64,000 nt of DNA from Kiloniellales bacterium (GTDB lineage: Bacteria; Pseudomonadota; Alphaproteobacteria; Kiloniellales; JAKSDN01). Below are positions 8,741 to 16,221 of the stretch, one piece after another. Both the position numbers and the translations under genes were made by a program. The number at the start of each line of letters is the position of its first letter. Position 1 is the stretch's first letter. Under the pieces are notes generated by a model. That model was not told the origin of the DNA and did not search any database. It saw only the letters and a list, made by a program, of their open reading frames with translations. Location of the stretch: contig JAWWCG010000001.1 in NCBI GenBank assembly GCA_033720555.1, positions 3,357 through 67,356 on the forward strand, given 5' to 3'.

Positions 8741-8778
8741 TCTCTTACTCCTGGGCCTTCGGCCCAGGGAGTAAGAGA
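8741..8778. repeat. Long inverted repeat (17/18-bp stem) flanked by CAAAATCAA direct repeats
   Basis: TCTCTTACTCCTGGGCC-ttc-GGCCCAGGGAGTAAGAGA with CAAAATCAA at 8730-8738 and 8781-8789, followed by an alternating (GC)n palindrome at 8791-8825. Confidence 0.6.
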
Positions 8779-8827
8779 ATCAAAATCAAACGCGCGCGCG
8801 CGCATGAGGGCGCGCGCGTGCGCGGAG

Positions 8828-9769
8828 ATGACCGCCGCCGATGCGCCCCACGGGCGCGAGCTTCGCGCCTCGCTGGACGACCTTACCGCGACCCAGTTCG
8901 TGCAGTTCGAGGACGTCTTCGCGAGCCTGGTCGCCCGCGCTCGGAGCGAGGAGTACCGCGGGTGGTATCCCACGGGCTGGTGGAAACGGACCGACCCAGA
9001 GACCGTCGGGTGCTTCGCCTGGGCGCAAGAGCATGGCCTCGCGCACTACCTGCTGGATTCCGAATATTTCGAGTATCTTCGAACCGTTGCCATCCCGATG
9101 CACAACGGCCTGCGCACGACCAAGCGACGTCTGCGGGGCCTCGCGCCGCGGATCGTTCTCACGCCCAAGTGGCTCGTGGCGTATCGCGACCACGTGCGCT
9201 ACGGGGCTCGCTCCGCTCGCGGCAACGAGGGGGGGAGGGTTCCGGATACCCCTCGCCATGCGCCATCTACGGCGCCTGAGCGAGCCGCTGTGCCACGCAA
9301 ACGCTCTACCCGGGGGCAGCCACCAGGGAAGAAAAACGTCGCGCACGAGCGATTTGAGCCGCTGGATGCTCCGCCGAGGGATGCGACCCCCGAGGAGGCG
9401 CGCGCCTGGCGCGAGAAGCACAATCTCGTTTCGAGCGTCGCCGAGTTCGACCTGAGCTTTCTCGACGATGATCCAACGCCATCACGGACGTCTCCGCCGC
9501 CGCCTGTGCCGCCGGCGGCCGACGACGAGGTCCCGAGCCTGGAGGAGCTGCGCCAAGACCTTTTTCAGACCGGCTCGCTAGAGTCGAGCGATGACGAGCC
9601 CTCGACATTTGACACCCGACCAAACCGTCCGCTGGAGGGAGCGCAACGGTTTTTGTACGCCGGCGGACGCGAAGGCCGCCCTACAGCGGCTCCAGGAGCT
9701 GAAGGCGACGGCGCCGCCACGTCGATCGCCGACGCCCTCGCGCGATTGGGAGGAGGAGCGGCGCCGTAA
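8828..9769 (+). CDS. hypothetical protein (Pro-rich, acidic C-terminal half)
   Basis: Long ORF 8528..9769. The upstream part spans the hairpin region, so ATG 8828 (or 8804) is preferred. No motif recognised. Confidence 0.45.
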   Translation: MTAADAPHGRELRASLDDLTATQFVQFEDVFASLVARARSEEYRGWYPTGWWKRTDPETVGCFAWAQEHGLAHYLLDSEYFEYLRTVAIPMHNGLRTTKRRLRGLAPRIVLTPKWLVAYRDHVRYGARSARGNEGGRVPDTPRHAPSTAPERAAVPRKRSTRGQPPGKKNVAHERFEPLDAPPRDATPEEARAWREKHNLVSSVAEFDLSFLDDDPTPSRTSPPPPVPPAADDEVPSLEELRQDLFQTGSLESSDDEPSTFDTRPNRPLEGAQRFLYAGGREGRPTAAPGAEGDGAATSIADALARLGGGAAP

Positions 9770-9833
9770 GAACCTGGTCGGCCGTCGTGAGCTAGCGCGG
9801 GCCATCCAATGGCTGGAGCGGCGAGGTCTTTAG
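9591..9833 (+). CDS. possible small protein overlapping the 3' end of 8828..9769 in another frame
   Basis: 80-aa ORF (LTPDQTVRWRERNGFCTPADAKAALQRLQELK...) that looks more protein-like than the overlapped low-complexity tail. Confidence 0.3.
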   Translation: MTSPRHLTPDQTVRWRERNGFCTPADAKAALQRLQELKATAPPRRSPTPSRDWEEERRRKNLVGRRELARAIQWLERRGL

Positions 9834-10048
9834 GCCAGACGCTGCCAGGAGGAGTCCGCCCAGCAATCGGCGGCGTCATAGCGCCCTTGCGTAACGCAGC
9901 CTCGATAGAAGGCATCGGCTGCCATGTGCTCAGCGGCGTACTGGTGGGCCTCGCGACGGGTCCGGCCATAGAACGTGTGCGTGATGATTGGATAGCCCGT
10001 AACTTCCGGGCGGAAAACTCGGATATGGTAGGCCCACTTTGGTTTCAT
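9830..10048 (-). CDS. hypothetical small protein
   Basis: 72-aa ORF with GGAG ~8 nt upstream of the ATG. Lone minus-strand gene among plus-strand genes. Confidence 0.5.
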   Translation of the reverse strand: MKPKWAYHIRVFRPEVTGYPIITHTFYGRTRREAHQYAAEHMAADAFYRGCVTQGRYDAADCWADSSWQRLA

Positions 10049-10194
10049 GACATGAGAGTCGCTCCAAACGGCTTGGTGCGTCTATAGTTTGCGTGTGCCC
10101 CGGGGCGGGGCGGTCCACCAAGGGCGCCAGCCATTGCGTCCTCGTTCCTTCCGTCTCGTCTCAGGGGCACACCTTTTTGCGGAGAGGCGGGGTG

Positions 10195-10497
10195 ATGACG
10201 GGACGGGTTTTGGTGTGCGACGTCTGCGGCGAGCAATCGACAGTGTTCGTTCGCGTGACGTTTAAAGAGATGCGCGTGCAGATGCGGCAGCTCGGCTGGC
10301 GCTGCGGCAAAGACGAGGATCTTTGCGCGGCCTGTCGAGAAAAGCGCGGCCGGGCGTGGTCCTGCGGCTACTGCGACACCCCTGGACACAACATTCGGGT
10401 CTGCCCCGAAATTCAGGGGAGACTGACGTTGTTTCGCTCGCTTGTCCACAAACGAGCCTTGAAGGCGAAAGCCGAAGTCGTCACGATGGACGGGTAG
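10195..10497 (+). CDS. Zinc-binding protein with CCHC zinc-knuckle
   Basis: ATG 10195 preceded by GGAGAGGCGGGG. CDVCGE...CAAC plus CGYCDTPGHNIRVC = C-x2-C-x4-H-x4-C. Confidence 0.6.
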   Translation: MTGRVLVCDVCGEQSTVFVRVTFKEMRVQMRQLGWRCGKDEDLCAACREKRGRAWSCGYCDTPGHNIRVCPEIQGRLTLFRSLVHKRALKAKAEVVTMDG

Positions 10498-10536
10498 CGG
10501 AGCGAGCAGTTGGGCTTGCCCGCGAGGGAGACCAAA

Positions 10537-11097
10537 ATGGCACGCTCAAAAGCAAAGAACCTCACCAAAGCCGTCGCAAAGCGCAAGCGCTCCTCGCCCA
10601 TCAGCGCGGCTCCTAGGTCAAATCCGCCCATCGGTTTTGATGTGGCGTACGTCGTCGTCCCAGCCCTTGGAGCCTATGCGGGGACGCGACTTGTCGGACG
10701 AATCGCGCGAGGAATCGCCAAAAAGCGTTCGCCGAAGATGGCAAAGCATGCCGGCGCCCTGGCGCCGGCTCTTTTTACGGCGGGGCTCTGGGCAACGGTG
10801 CATCGATTTGACCGGCTCCTGCCGTATCACGATGGCATCCTCGCCGGGTCCTTTGTCGCGTCCGTTCAGTCGCTCTTGCAGAATTACGCTCCCATGTGGG
10901 GCTGGGTCCTGGACGACTTTCACGACGAGTCGGCAACGGCCATGGTCAATGAGCGCCCGCCGCCCGACAAAAACGCAGTCGCCGAGCTTCCGGAAGAGTC
11001 AGCAACCTCGCAGGGGGCCGTCATCATCGATGATTACTCCGGTGAGATCCTCGACGACTTGTCCGACTTGCCCGAGCTTCGCGAAGGGATGCACTGA
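10537..11097 (+). CDS. membrane protein with basic N-terminal leader ending RSNPP
   Basis: ATG 10537 after GAGGGAG. Basic residues 1-30, then hydrophobic helices (VAYVVVPALGAYAG, ALAPALFTAGLWATV) and an acidic C-terminus. Confidence 0.55.
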   Translation: MARSKAKNLTKAVAKRKRSSPISAAPRSNPPIGFDVAYVVVPALGAYAGTRLVGRIARGIAKKRSPKMAKHAGALAPALFTAGLWATVHRFDRLLPYHDGILAGSFVASVQSLLQNYAPMWGWVLDDFHDESATAMVNERPPPDKNAVAELPEESATSQGAVIIDDYSGEILDDLSDLPELREGMH

Positions 11098-11339
11098 TGC
11101 TTGGCTGGCTTCTAGGCCCACGATGGGCATGGTTTGCTGCTGGCGCGGCAGCCATGTGGTGGTACGAGAACAAGATCAAGGAAGCGCCTCCGAAGTTTTC
11201 ATCGGCCGCGCTGGCAGGCACAGACCGATACGTATGCCAGGAAAGCCCCAAGGGGCGCCTCTGTTACGACAAAAAGCTCAAGCGGTATGTCTCGACCAAC
11301 TACTGCGATAGCTACCATGAGCTGGAGGCGGCTTTCTGA
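11097..11339 (+). CDS. small membrane protein
   Basis: TGATG overlap with the upstream gene. N-terminal helix LGWLLGPRWAWFAAGAAAMWWY. Confidence 0.55.
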   Translation: MLGWLLGPRWAWFAAGAAAMWWYENKIKEAPPKFSSAALAGTDRYVCQESPKGRLCYDKKLKRYVSTNYCDSYHELEAAF

Positions 11340-13690
11340 TGGCTGGGAAAGTTGCTACTCGGAAGAATCCTCCCGTTAAGGCGGATCACTTTTATCACTA
11401 TTCAGATCGGCCGATGGCGCCGTCGTACCGTGATTCAGTGGAGTTTGGCTCAACGCCTACCGGAGTCTACTTTTACCAAGCCGATGCCTTCAAGACACCA
11501 GGTGTCAACTTTGGGGCAGGACGTAAGCATGTCCATGTCGCGCGTTCCTTGGTTCCGGTTCTGAATCTCCGCGACTACACGAAGGAGCAGTTGCGGCAGG
11601 ACCTGGCGACGCTCCGCGATCTTGTCGGCAAAGAGCAGATCGAGCAGATCCTGCGTCGCTGGCCCAAGTATAAGAGTCAGTTCGGTGCAGTGGCGACGTT
11701 GCCGGCGGCACAGTTTTGGTACGTGCTTACCAAGATCTGGGATCCGGGCGACTCAGGGTTTGATGTCATGTTCGTCCGCGACCCTGACGACCCGGATGAT
11801 GCGCCAAGTTTTGGCGATGTGCGCTACCCCAACGATGCAGTCCTTGCAAACCGTTTGCTTCGGGCGCTTGGGTATCGCGCCGTCATGGATCCCGGCCTTG
11901 GCATCATCTATTCGGGGGAGCCCGTGCAAACGTTTTTTACGGACGATGACGCCTTTGAGCTAGTTGATGCGTTTCCGACGAAGGAGCTTGTTCGACAAAA
12001 CCCCACCCTAGAATTCTCAGACGACCGGCTCCTGCTGGAGTCGTTTGAGGACCTGCACGGCTACAACGGGCCTGATGGGGTCACGTTCGAGTACGATGCC
12101 AGCGGCAACGCGGTGGCCGTTTACCTCACCGAAGCCGGGGCGCGTGCCATGCTGGCTGATGCCATCGAGTATGGTTACGAGTCCGTTGAGTTTGCATTGA
12201 AGGACGGGCTTCGTTCGAATCCAACGACAGGCATGACGGCGAAAGGGCGTCGCATGGAGCGCCACGTCGCCAAGTCGGGCAGCGCCTACGCCCCCAGCGC
12301 CGTCGTCTACGCTGCGGCAAAGCGTGGGACGAAAGGTCTCGTAACGAGGGAGTGGGCTAAGAAACACGGGTACCCGTCGCCGAATCCCGCTGTGGCGATG
12401 CACCCAGACCTTTTTGAAGGCGAAAGCCCGATCTACGTTTCGATGGAAAAGCTCTCGCCCGAGCAAATCCGAGCGCTCCCTCTTAGCGCCTTCAATGAAA
12501 AGGAGTGGGAGTCGCTCGACCCGGAGGACCAGAATTACATCATTGAAAACGATCCCAAATACGGCGAGATCGTTGAGCAGGCGAAAGAAGCGTACGAGGC
12601 GGCCATTCCTGAAGATTGGGATTGGTCAGACATTGTTGACGACGACGCAGAAGAAATGGTGCGGGATGATTTTGGCGCCATGAGCGAGTCCGATTTTTCA
12701 TCATGGGTAGCAATGGCGCGCAGAAAGTCGGGCGACCCAAGTTTGCGGGCGTTGATTCATCGGCTTGAAGAAGCCGGCATGGATAGTTCCGATGTGGCGG
12801 ACAATCTCGTCGAGGCTTTAGCAGACGAGAGCAATTGGAGTTTTTCGGCCGCAGATTGGGGTGAGGGCGGGTTCCTCACGTATCCCGTGGACGAGTATCC
12901 CGTGGAGATTGATTGGTCGACCTACGTCGACACGCCGATGGCAGACCTTCCTGTCGCGGTGCGAAGATATGTGGCGCGGCAAATCGAAGAGTACACCGAG
13001 GGGCGCATCGTCCTTGACGAACGAGATATCGCGCAACGCTACGGGACGTCGGTCTACGTCGACACGGGTCGTGTTGGGATTGGTGACCCAGATTTGGAAA
13101 CCATCGAGGAAAGCATTAAGGAGGATGTGGGACTCAATTTTGTGGATCCGCGTTCGTATGAGGAACGCAAAGCCGCGACGTATCGTGATGGTTTCTACAT
13201 CGTCGAGTTGACATCGCCGGAATTACGCAAGGAGGGCGAGGAACTCGGGCATTGCGTCAGCGATCCAAGCATGGGCTATATGCGCGCGATTGCGGACGGC
13301 GAGGCGCGCATTTACTCGCTGCGCACGGGCAAGGATCGCAGCAAATTTACGATCGAAGTTCAACTAGAGGACGATAAGCCCTATGCCGTTGTTCAGGTGA
13401 AAGGCAAGGCGAATCGAGTGCCCGGCTGGGGTCGCGAGCCTGGCGAAGGCAAGTTCAAGATTCAGGAGGTGTCGATGCTCCTCGACTTTATCGAAAACAA
13501 ACTGGGCCTCGATCCCGAGGACGTCGAAGACATGGAGCCTGCGCTCCAGCATCTTCACAACGAGCGCGAGGCAGGTCGCGGCCAGCTCATGAAGATCAAC
13601 CCGGGCTGGCGTCCGTCTCGCACCTTCTGCATGCCGAGCGGCGGCGGTGAGCGCAGTGCTGACTGCCCTCACGGGCGGTGCCTGCGATGA
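11339..13690 (+). CDS. Large multidomain (polyvalent-type) protein with C-terminal PcfJ-like domain
   Basis: 783 aa. C-terminal block LRKEGEELGHCVSDPSMGYMRAIADGEARIYSLR resembles the PcfJ HC motif. TGATG-coupled to the upstream gene. Several apparent linkers end in x-N-P. Confidence 0.65.
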   Translation: MAGKVATRKNPPVKADHFYHYSDRPMAPSYRDSVEFGSTPTGVYFYQADAFKTPGVNFGAGRKHVHVARSLVPVLNLRDYTKEQLRQDLATLRDLVGKEQIEQILRRWPKYKSQFGAVATLPAAQFWYVLTKIWDPGDSGFDVMFVRDPDDPDDAPSFGDVRYPNDAVLANRLLRALGYRAVMDPGLGIIYSGEPVQTFFTDDDAFELVDAFPTKELVRQNPTLEFSDDRLLLESFEDLHGYNGPDGVTFEYDASGNAVAVYLTEAGARAMLADAIEYGYESVEFALKDGLRSNPTTGMTAKGRRMERHVAKSGSAYAPSAVVYAAAKRGTKGLVTREWAKKHGYPSPNPAVAMHPDLFEGESPIYVSMEKLSPEQIRALPLSAFNEKEWESLDPEDQNYIIENDPKYGEIVEQAKEAYEAAIPEDWDWSDIVDDDAEEMVRDDFGAMSESDFSSWVAMARRKSGDPSLRALIHRLEEAGMDSSDVADNLVEALADESNWSFSAADWGEGGFLTYPVDEYPVEIDWSTYVDTPMADLPVAVRRYVARQIEEYTEGRIVLDERDIAQRYGTSVYVDTGRVGIGDPDLETIEESIKEDVGLNFVDPRSYEERKAATYRDGFYIVELTSPELRKEGEELGHCVSDPSMGYMRAIADGEARIYSLRTGKDRSKFTIEVQLEDDKPYAVVQVKGKANRVPGWGREPGEGKFKIQEVSMLLDFIENKLGLDPEDVEDMEPALQHLHNEREAGRGQLMKINPGWRPSRTFCMPSGGGERSADCPHGRCLR

Positions 13691-13887
13691 GCTATATCCC
13701 CGTCGGTTTCACCGCTGCAGAGGAAAAGACACTTCTGGCCAATCAGAAAGCCATTCTTGATGCGCATGAGCGCCTTGCTCGTTCGCGGCGGATGACTCTA
13801 ATCATCGGCGTCGCAAGCGCTCTGTTTGCCGCAGGACGCCTAGGGATTTTGGGCGTGACCACATACCGAGCACGAAAGCGCGCCTAG
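13687..13887 (+). CDS. small C-tail-anchored membrane protein (MSYIPxGF family)
   Basis: ATGA overlap with 11339..13690. The N-terminus MSYIPVGFTAAEE is paralogous to 38111..38347. C-terminus LIIGVASALFAAGRLGILGV + YRARKRA. Confidence 0.6.
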   Translation: MSYIPVGFTAAEEKTLLANQKAILDAHERLARSRRMTLIIGVASALFAAGRLGILGVTTYRARKRA

Positions 13888-13908
13888 GTCTCGTTTTTTG
13901 GTCTCACG

Positions 13909-13937
13909 TTGACCTGTGCCCCACCGTGTGCTCTAAT
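13909..13937 (+). promoter_or_regulatory. sigma70-type promoter
   Basis: TTGACC (13909-13914), 17-nt spacer, TCTAAT (13932-13937), upstream of GGAGGAGG and the 13961 start. Confidence 0.5.
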
Positions 13938-13960
13938 GCGCGGAGGAGGTGCAACTGTGT

Positions 13961-14914
13961 ATGATTATTGCGAAAGAGGGCGGCTTGCCGCCGAAGATAC
14001 CTGAAAAGCATCCCGGGCGCGCTTTCATTGCACGATGGGGATATGGCGATGCGGAGCTGCGCGTTTGGGAGAACATTGAAAAGCAGGATGACCGCGGCTG
14101 TTGGCGCTGGTGCGGAGGCGCCAGGCGCAACATTGTTTGCTTGGTCCGCCGGCGTCGCTGGCGTGAGCAGGTTCCGCGGCTGCTCTGGTACCTCATGCTC
14201 GGTGAGCCGGTGCGCGAGGGGTACTTTTTGGTCGCACAGTGCGACACGCCCGGTTGCGTGCAGCCGGCGCATCACAAGGAAGTCGAGCAAGGGAGCCAAT
14301 TGACGATGGGAGCAAAAAAGAGAGGTCAGGCAAAGACGTCGCGACGTCGCCGCACCGAGGCCAAGGTCATTAACGCAGTGCGGAAGCTCGGGCCCTGTAC
14401 GCGCGGCGAAGTGATTCGCGCGATCAAGGGAACGAACTACGTCTACGGAGTCGCAGGGGCCTTGATCCGTGACGGCATTTTGGAGGAAGACGGCGACAAG
14501 CGGCTTACGTTGGCGGCCGAGGAGGAGCCCCAGCCAACCCAGGTCGTGGAGGGGCCTGCCCCGGAGGCCGCAAAGGCCCCTGGCGAAGCGCCCGCCGAGT
14601 ACGTGATGGAGTGGCGTCAAATGCCATCGCCCAAGCCAACGCTCTCACCCAGCGAGTATGCCCAGGCGATCGTGCGCTTTGCGACAAGCTGGGCCTCTCG
14701 GATGAGCGTCTTGACGGAGGAAGACGCGCAGAGGCAAGAGGCGATGGTCGCCGGCGGCCGTCTTGTTCGCGAGTATTTGGAAGCGATTGGCGCGGATGAA
14801 GAGACGCAGGATAGCGTGTCGTCGTTTTTGTCGATGGCCGAGGCATGCCTTGCGCAGCGGATGGACATTGCGGGGCTGCCCCAGATCTTTGTGGACATGA
14901 CAACGTCTCGATGA
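13961..14914 (+). CDS. DNA-binding protein: degenerate HNH_3-like zinc module + winged-helix
   Basis: CWRWCGG...LLWYLMLGEPVREGYFLVAQCDTPGCVQPAHH resembles HNH_3 but lacks the canonical His. The central VINAVRKLGPCTRGEVIRAI...LIRDGILEE region is wHTH-like. Confidence 0.55.
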   Translation: MIIAKEGGLPPKIPEKHPGRAFIARWGYGDAELRVWENIEKQDDRGCWRWCGGARRNIVCLVRRRRWREQVPRLLWYLMLGEPVREGYFLVAQCDTPGCVQPAHHKEVEQGSQLTMGAKKRGQAKTSRRRRTEAKVINAVRKLGPCTRGEVIRAIKGTNYVYGVAGALIRDGILEEDGDKRLTLAAEEEPQPTQVVEGPAPEAAKAPGEAPAEYVMEWRQMPSPKPTLSPSEYAQAIVRFATSWASRMSVLTEEDAQRQEAMVAGGRLVREYLEAIGADEETQDSVSSFLSMAEACLAQRMDIAGLPQIFVDMTTSR

Positions 14915-14989
14915 ACGAAGGTTGTTGGCGGGAGGTAACGCCGCAATCTTTCCAACGGAAACCCTGGGAGCGGAAAAAAGGGACTGCTC

Positions 14990-15163
14990 ATGAGTGACAG
15001 AGAGGTTATAGAGGAATTTGTTCGGTTGCTTGTCTCGAAAATGGCAGAGATGGATGAAAGGCGCCTGGAAGCCTCGCTAAGGCTTGTGGAACGCCTTGAA
15101 GACGGCGATCCATTGGTTGCGAGGATTCTTGAGGAGGAGCTTCGCAAAGGGAGGGTGAGCTGA
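14990..15163 (+). CDS. possible small helical protein (57 aa)
   Basis: ATG 14990. Stop overlaps the next start as TGATG at 15161-15165. Below the ORF-track cut-off. Confidence 0.4.
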   Translation: MSDREVIEEFVRLLVSKMAEMDERRLEASLRLVERLEDGDPLVARILEEELRKGRVS

Positions 15164-16221
15164 TGGGGAAGAAGCGGCGAATTGGCCGAATGGAGGCAAG
15201 AAGCTCCTGGCCTGTAAAGAACAACAAGAAAACAAGAGGGACGGCGGCGGATCGCATTGAGTGGGTGCGAGAGCAGTGGCGCAATGATCCGCATATCACG
15301 ATCAATGGCAAAGACGGGATGAATCAGCGGCTCCTGGAAGTGTTTGGTGTCGCCATGCGTGCCGAGTCCCTTATGGACATTCGCTCGGAGGTCAGGGCGG
15401 AGGCTGCTAAGGCTCAGAAGGAGAAGGAAAAGTTCTCCAATTCAATGAGCGAAAAAGTGCAGGCCATTCGCGAAAGTTGGAGCGAAAAAAAGGCGCCGCC
15501 ACCGTTGAAGTTGGTGGAGGAAACGTCGGAGGAGAAAGGGGCAGGGGTGGTGGCAAAAAAGAAAAACTCCAGCCGTTCGCGTAGTGACACCCGCATTCGG
15601 CGCGAGTGGGCGCGCAGGCTGATCCAGGGTAATCCATCGTTCAGCAACCTGGAGGTAATGGAGGCCGTCCGCAATAAGTTTGGGATCGGTATGTCAGAAC
15701 ATACGGTCACGTCCATTCGCGGAATCGACCTAGGGGAAGGCTCTGGGCGAACGAAGTCAATGCGGGATGTACGCATTCGCCTCAGTCGCGCCAAGGAGCT
15801 TCTTCGTCGCGACCCGGATCTGCGAAACGAGGACTTGATTCCAATTCTTCGGCGCGAGTTCGGACTGGGGATTTCGCCTCGCTCGCTTGGCGATATTCGC
15901 CGCGTTCTTGGCATCGGTAGCCATTGTCGACAAAGGTATAATGAGTTTTTGAAACCTGGTGATGGGGAAGGGGGCGCGCAGGTGACGCCGTCGCAGCCGC
16001 CGTCGCAGTTGAGGGAGCAGGCGATGGAGGAAGTGATGGAGGAGCGTGCAAAGTCAAATGGCACCGACGGGCGCGATGAGACAATTCGTGTCGCGGTGCA
16101 GATGTTGATCGATGAGCTTCCAAACCTTCGCTCCCTGCGCATTGACATGGTCGATGGCAAGCCGCGGGTGTCGTACGACGTAGAAATTCGCAGCGTCGAA
16201 AGCGGCGAGGTCCAGCTGTGA
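15163..16221 (+). CDS. basic protein with three ~50-aa HTH-like internal repeats
   Basis: Repeats: RIEWVREQWRNDPHI...VFGVAMRAESLMDIR / IRREWARRLIQGNPSF...KFGIGMSEHTVTSIR / IRLSRAKELLRRDPDL...EFGLGISPRSLGDIR. Confidence 0.6.
   Translation: MGKKRRIGRMEARSSWPVKNNKKTRGTAADRIEWVREQWRNDPHITINGKDGMNQRLLEVFGVAMRAESLMDIRSEVRAEAAKAQKEKEKFSNSMSEKVQAIRESWSEKKAPPPLKLVEETSEEKGAGVVAKKKNSSRSRSDTRIRREWARRLIQGNPSFSNLEVMEAVRNKFGIGMSEHTVTSIRGIDLGEGSGRTKSMRDVRIRLSRAKELLRRDPDLRNEDLIPILRREFGLGISPRSLGDIRRVLGIGSHCRQRYNEFLKPGDGEGGAQVTPSQPPSQLREQAMEEVMEERAKSNGTDGRDETIRVAVQMLIDELPNLRSLRIDMVDGKPRVSYDVEIRSVESGEVQL

Noticed and set aside
12213-12222. GTTCGAATCC, a tRNA T-arm-like decamer.
   Set aside because: It lies in frame inside the 783-aa CDS. 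No acceptor or anticodon arms can be drawn around it. I found no tRNA in the window.
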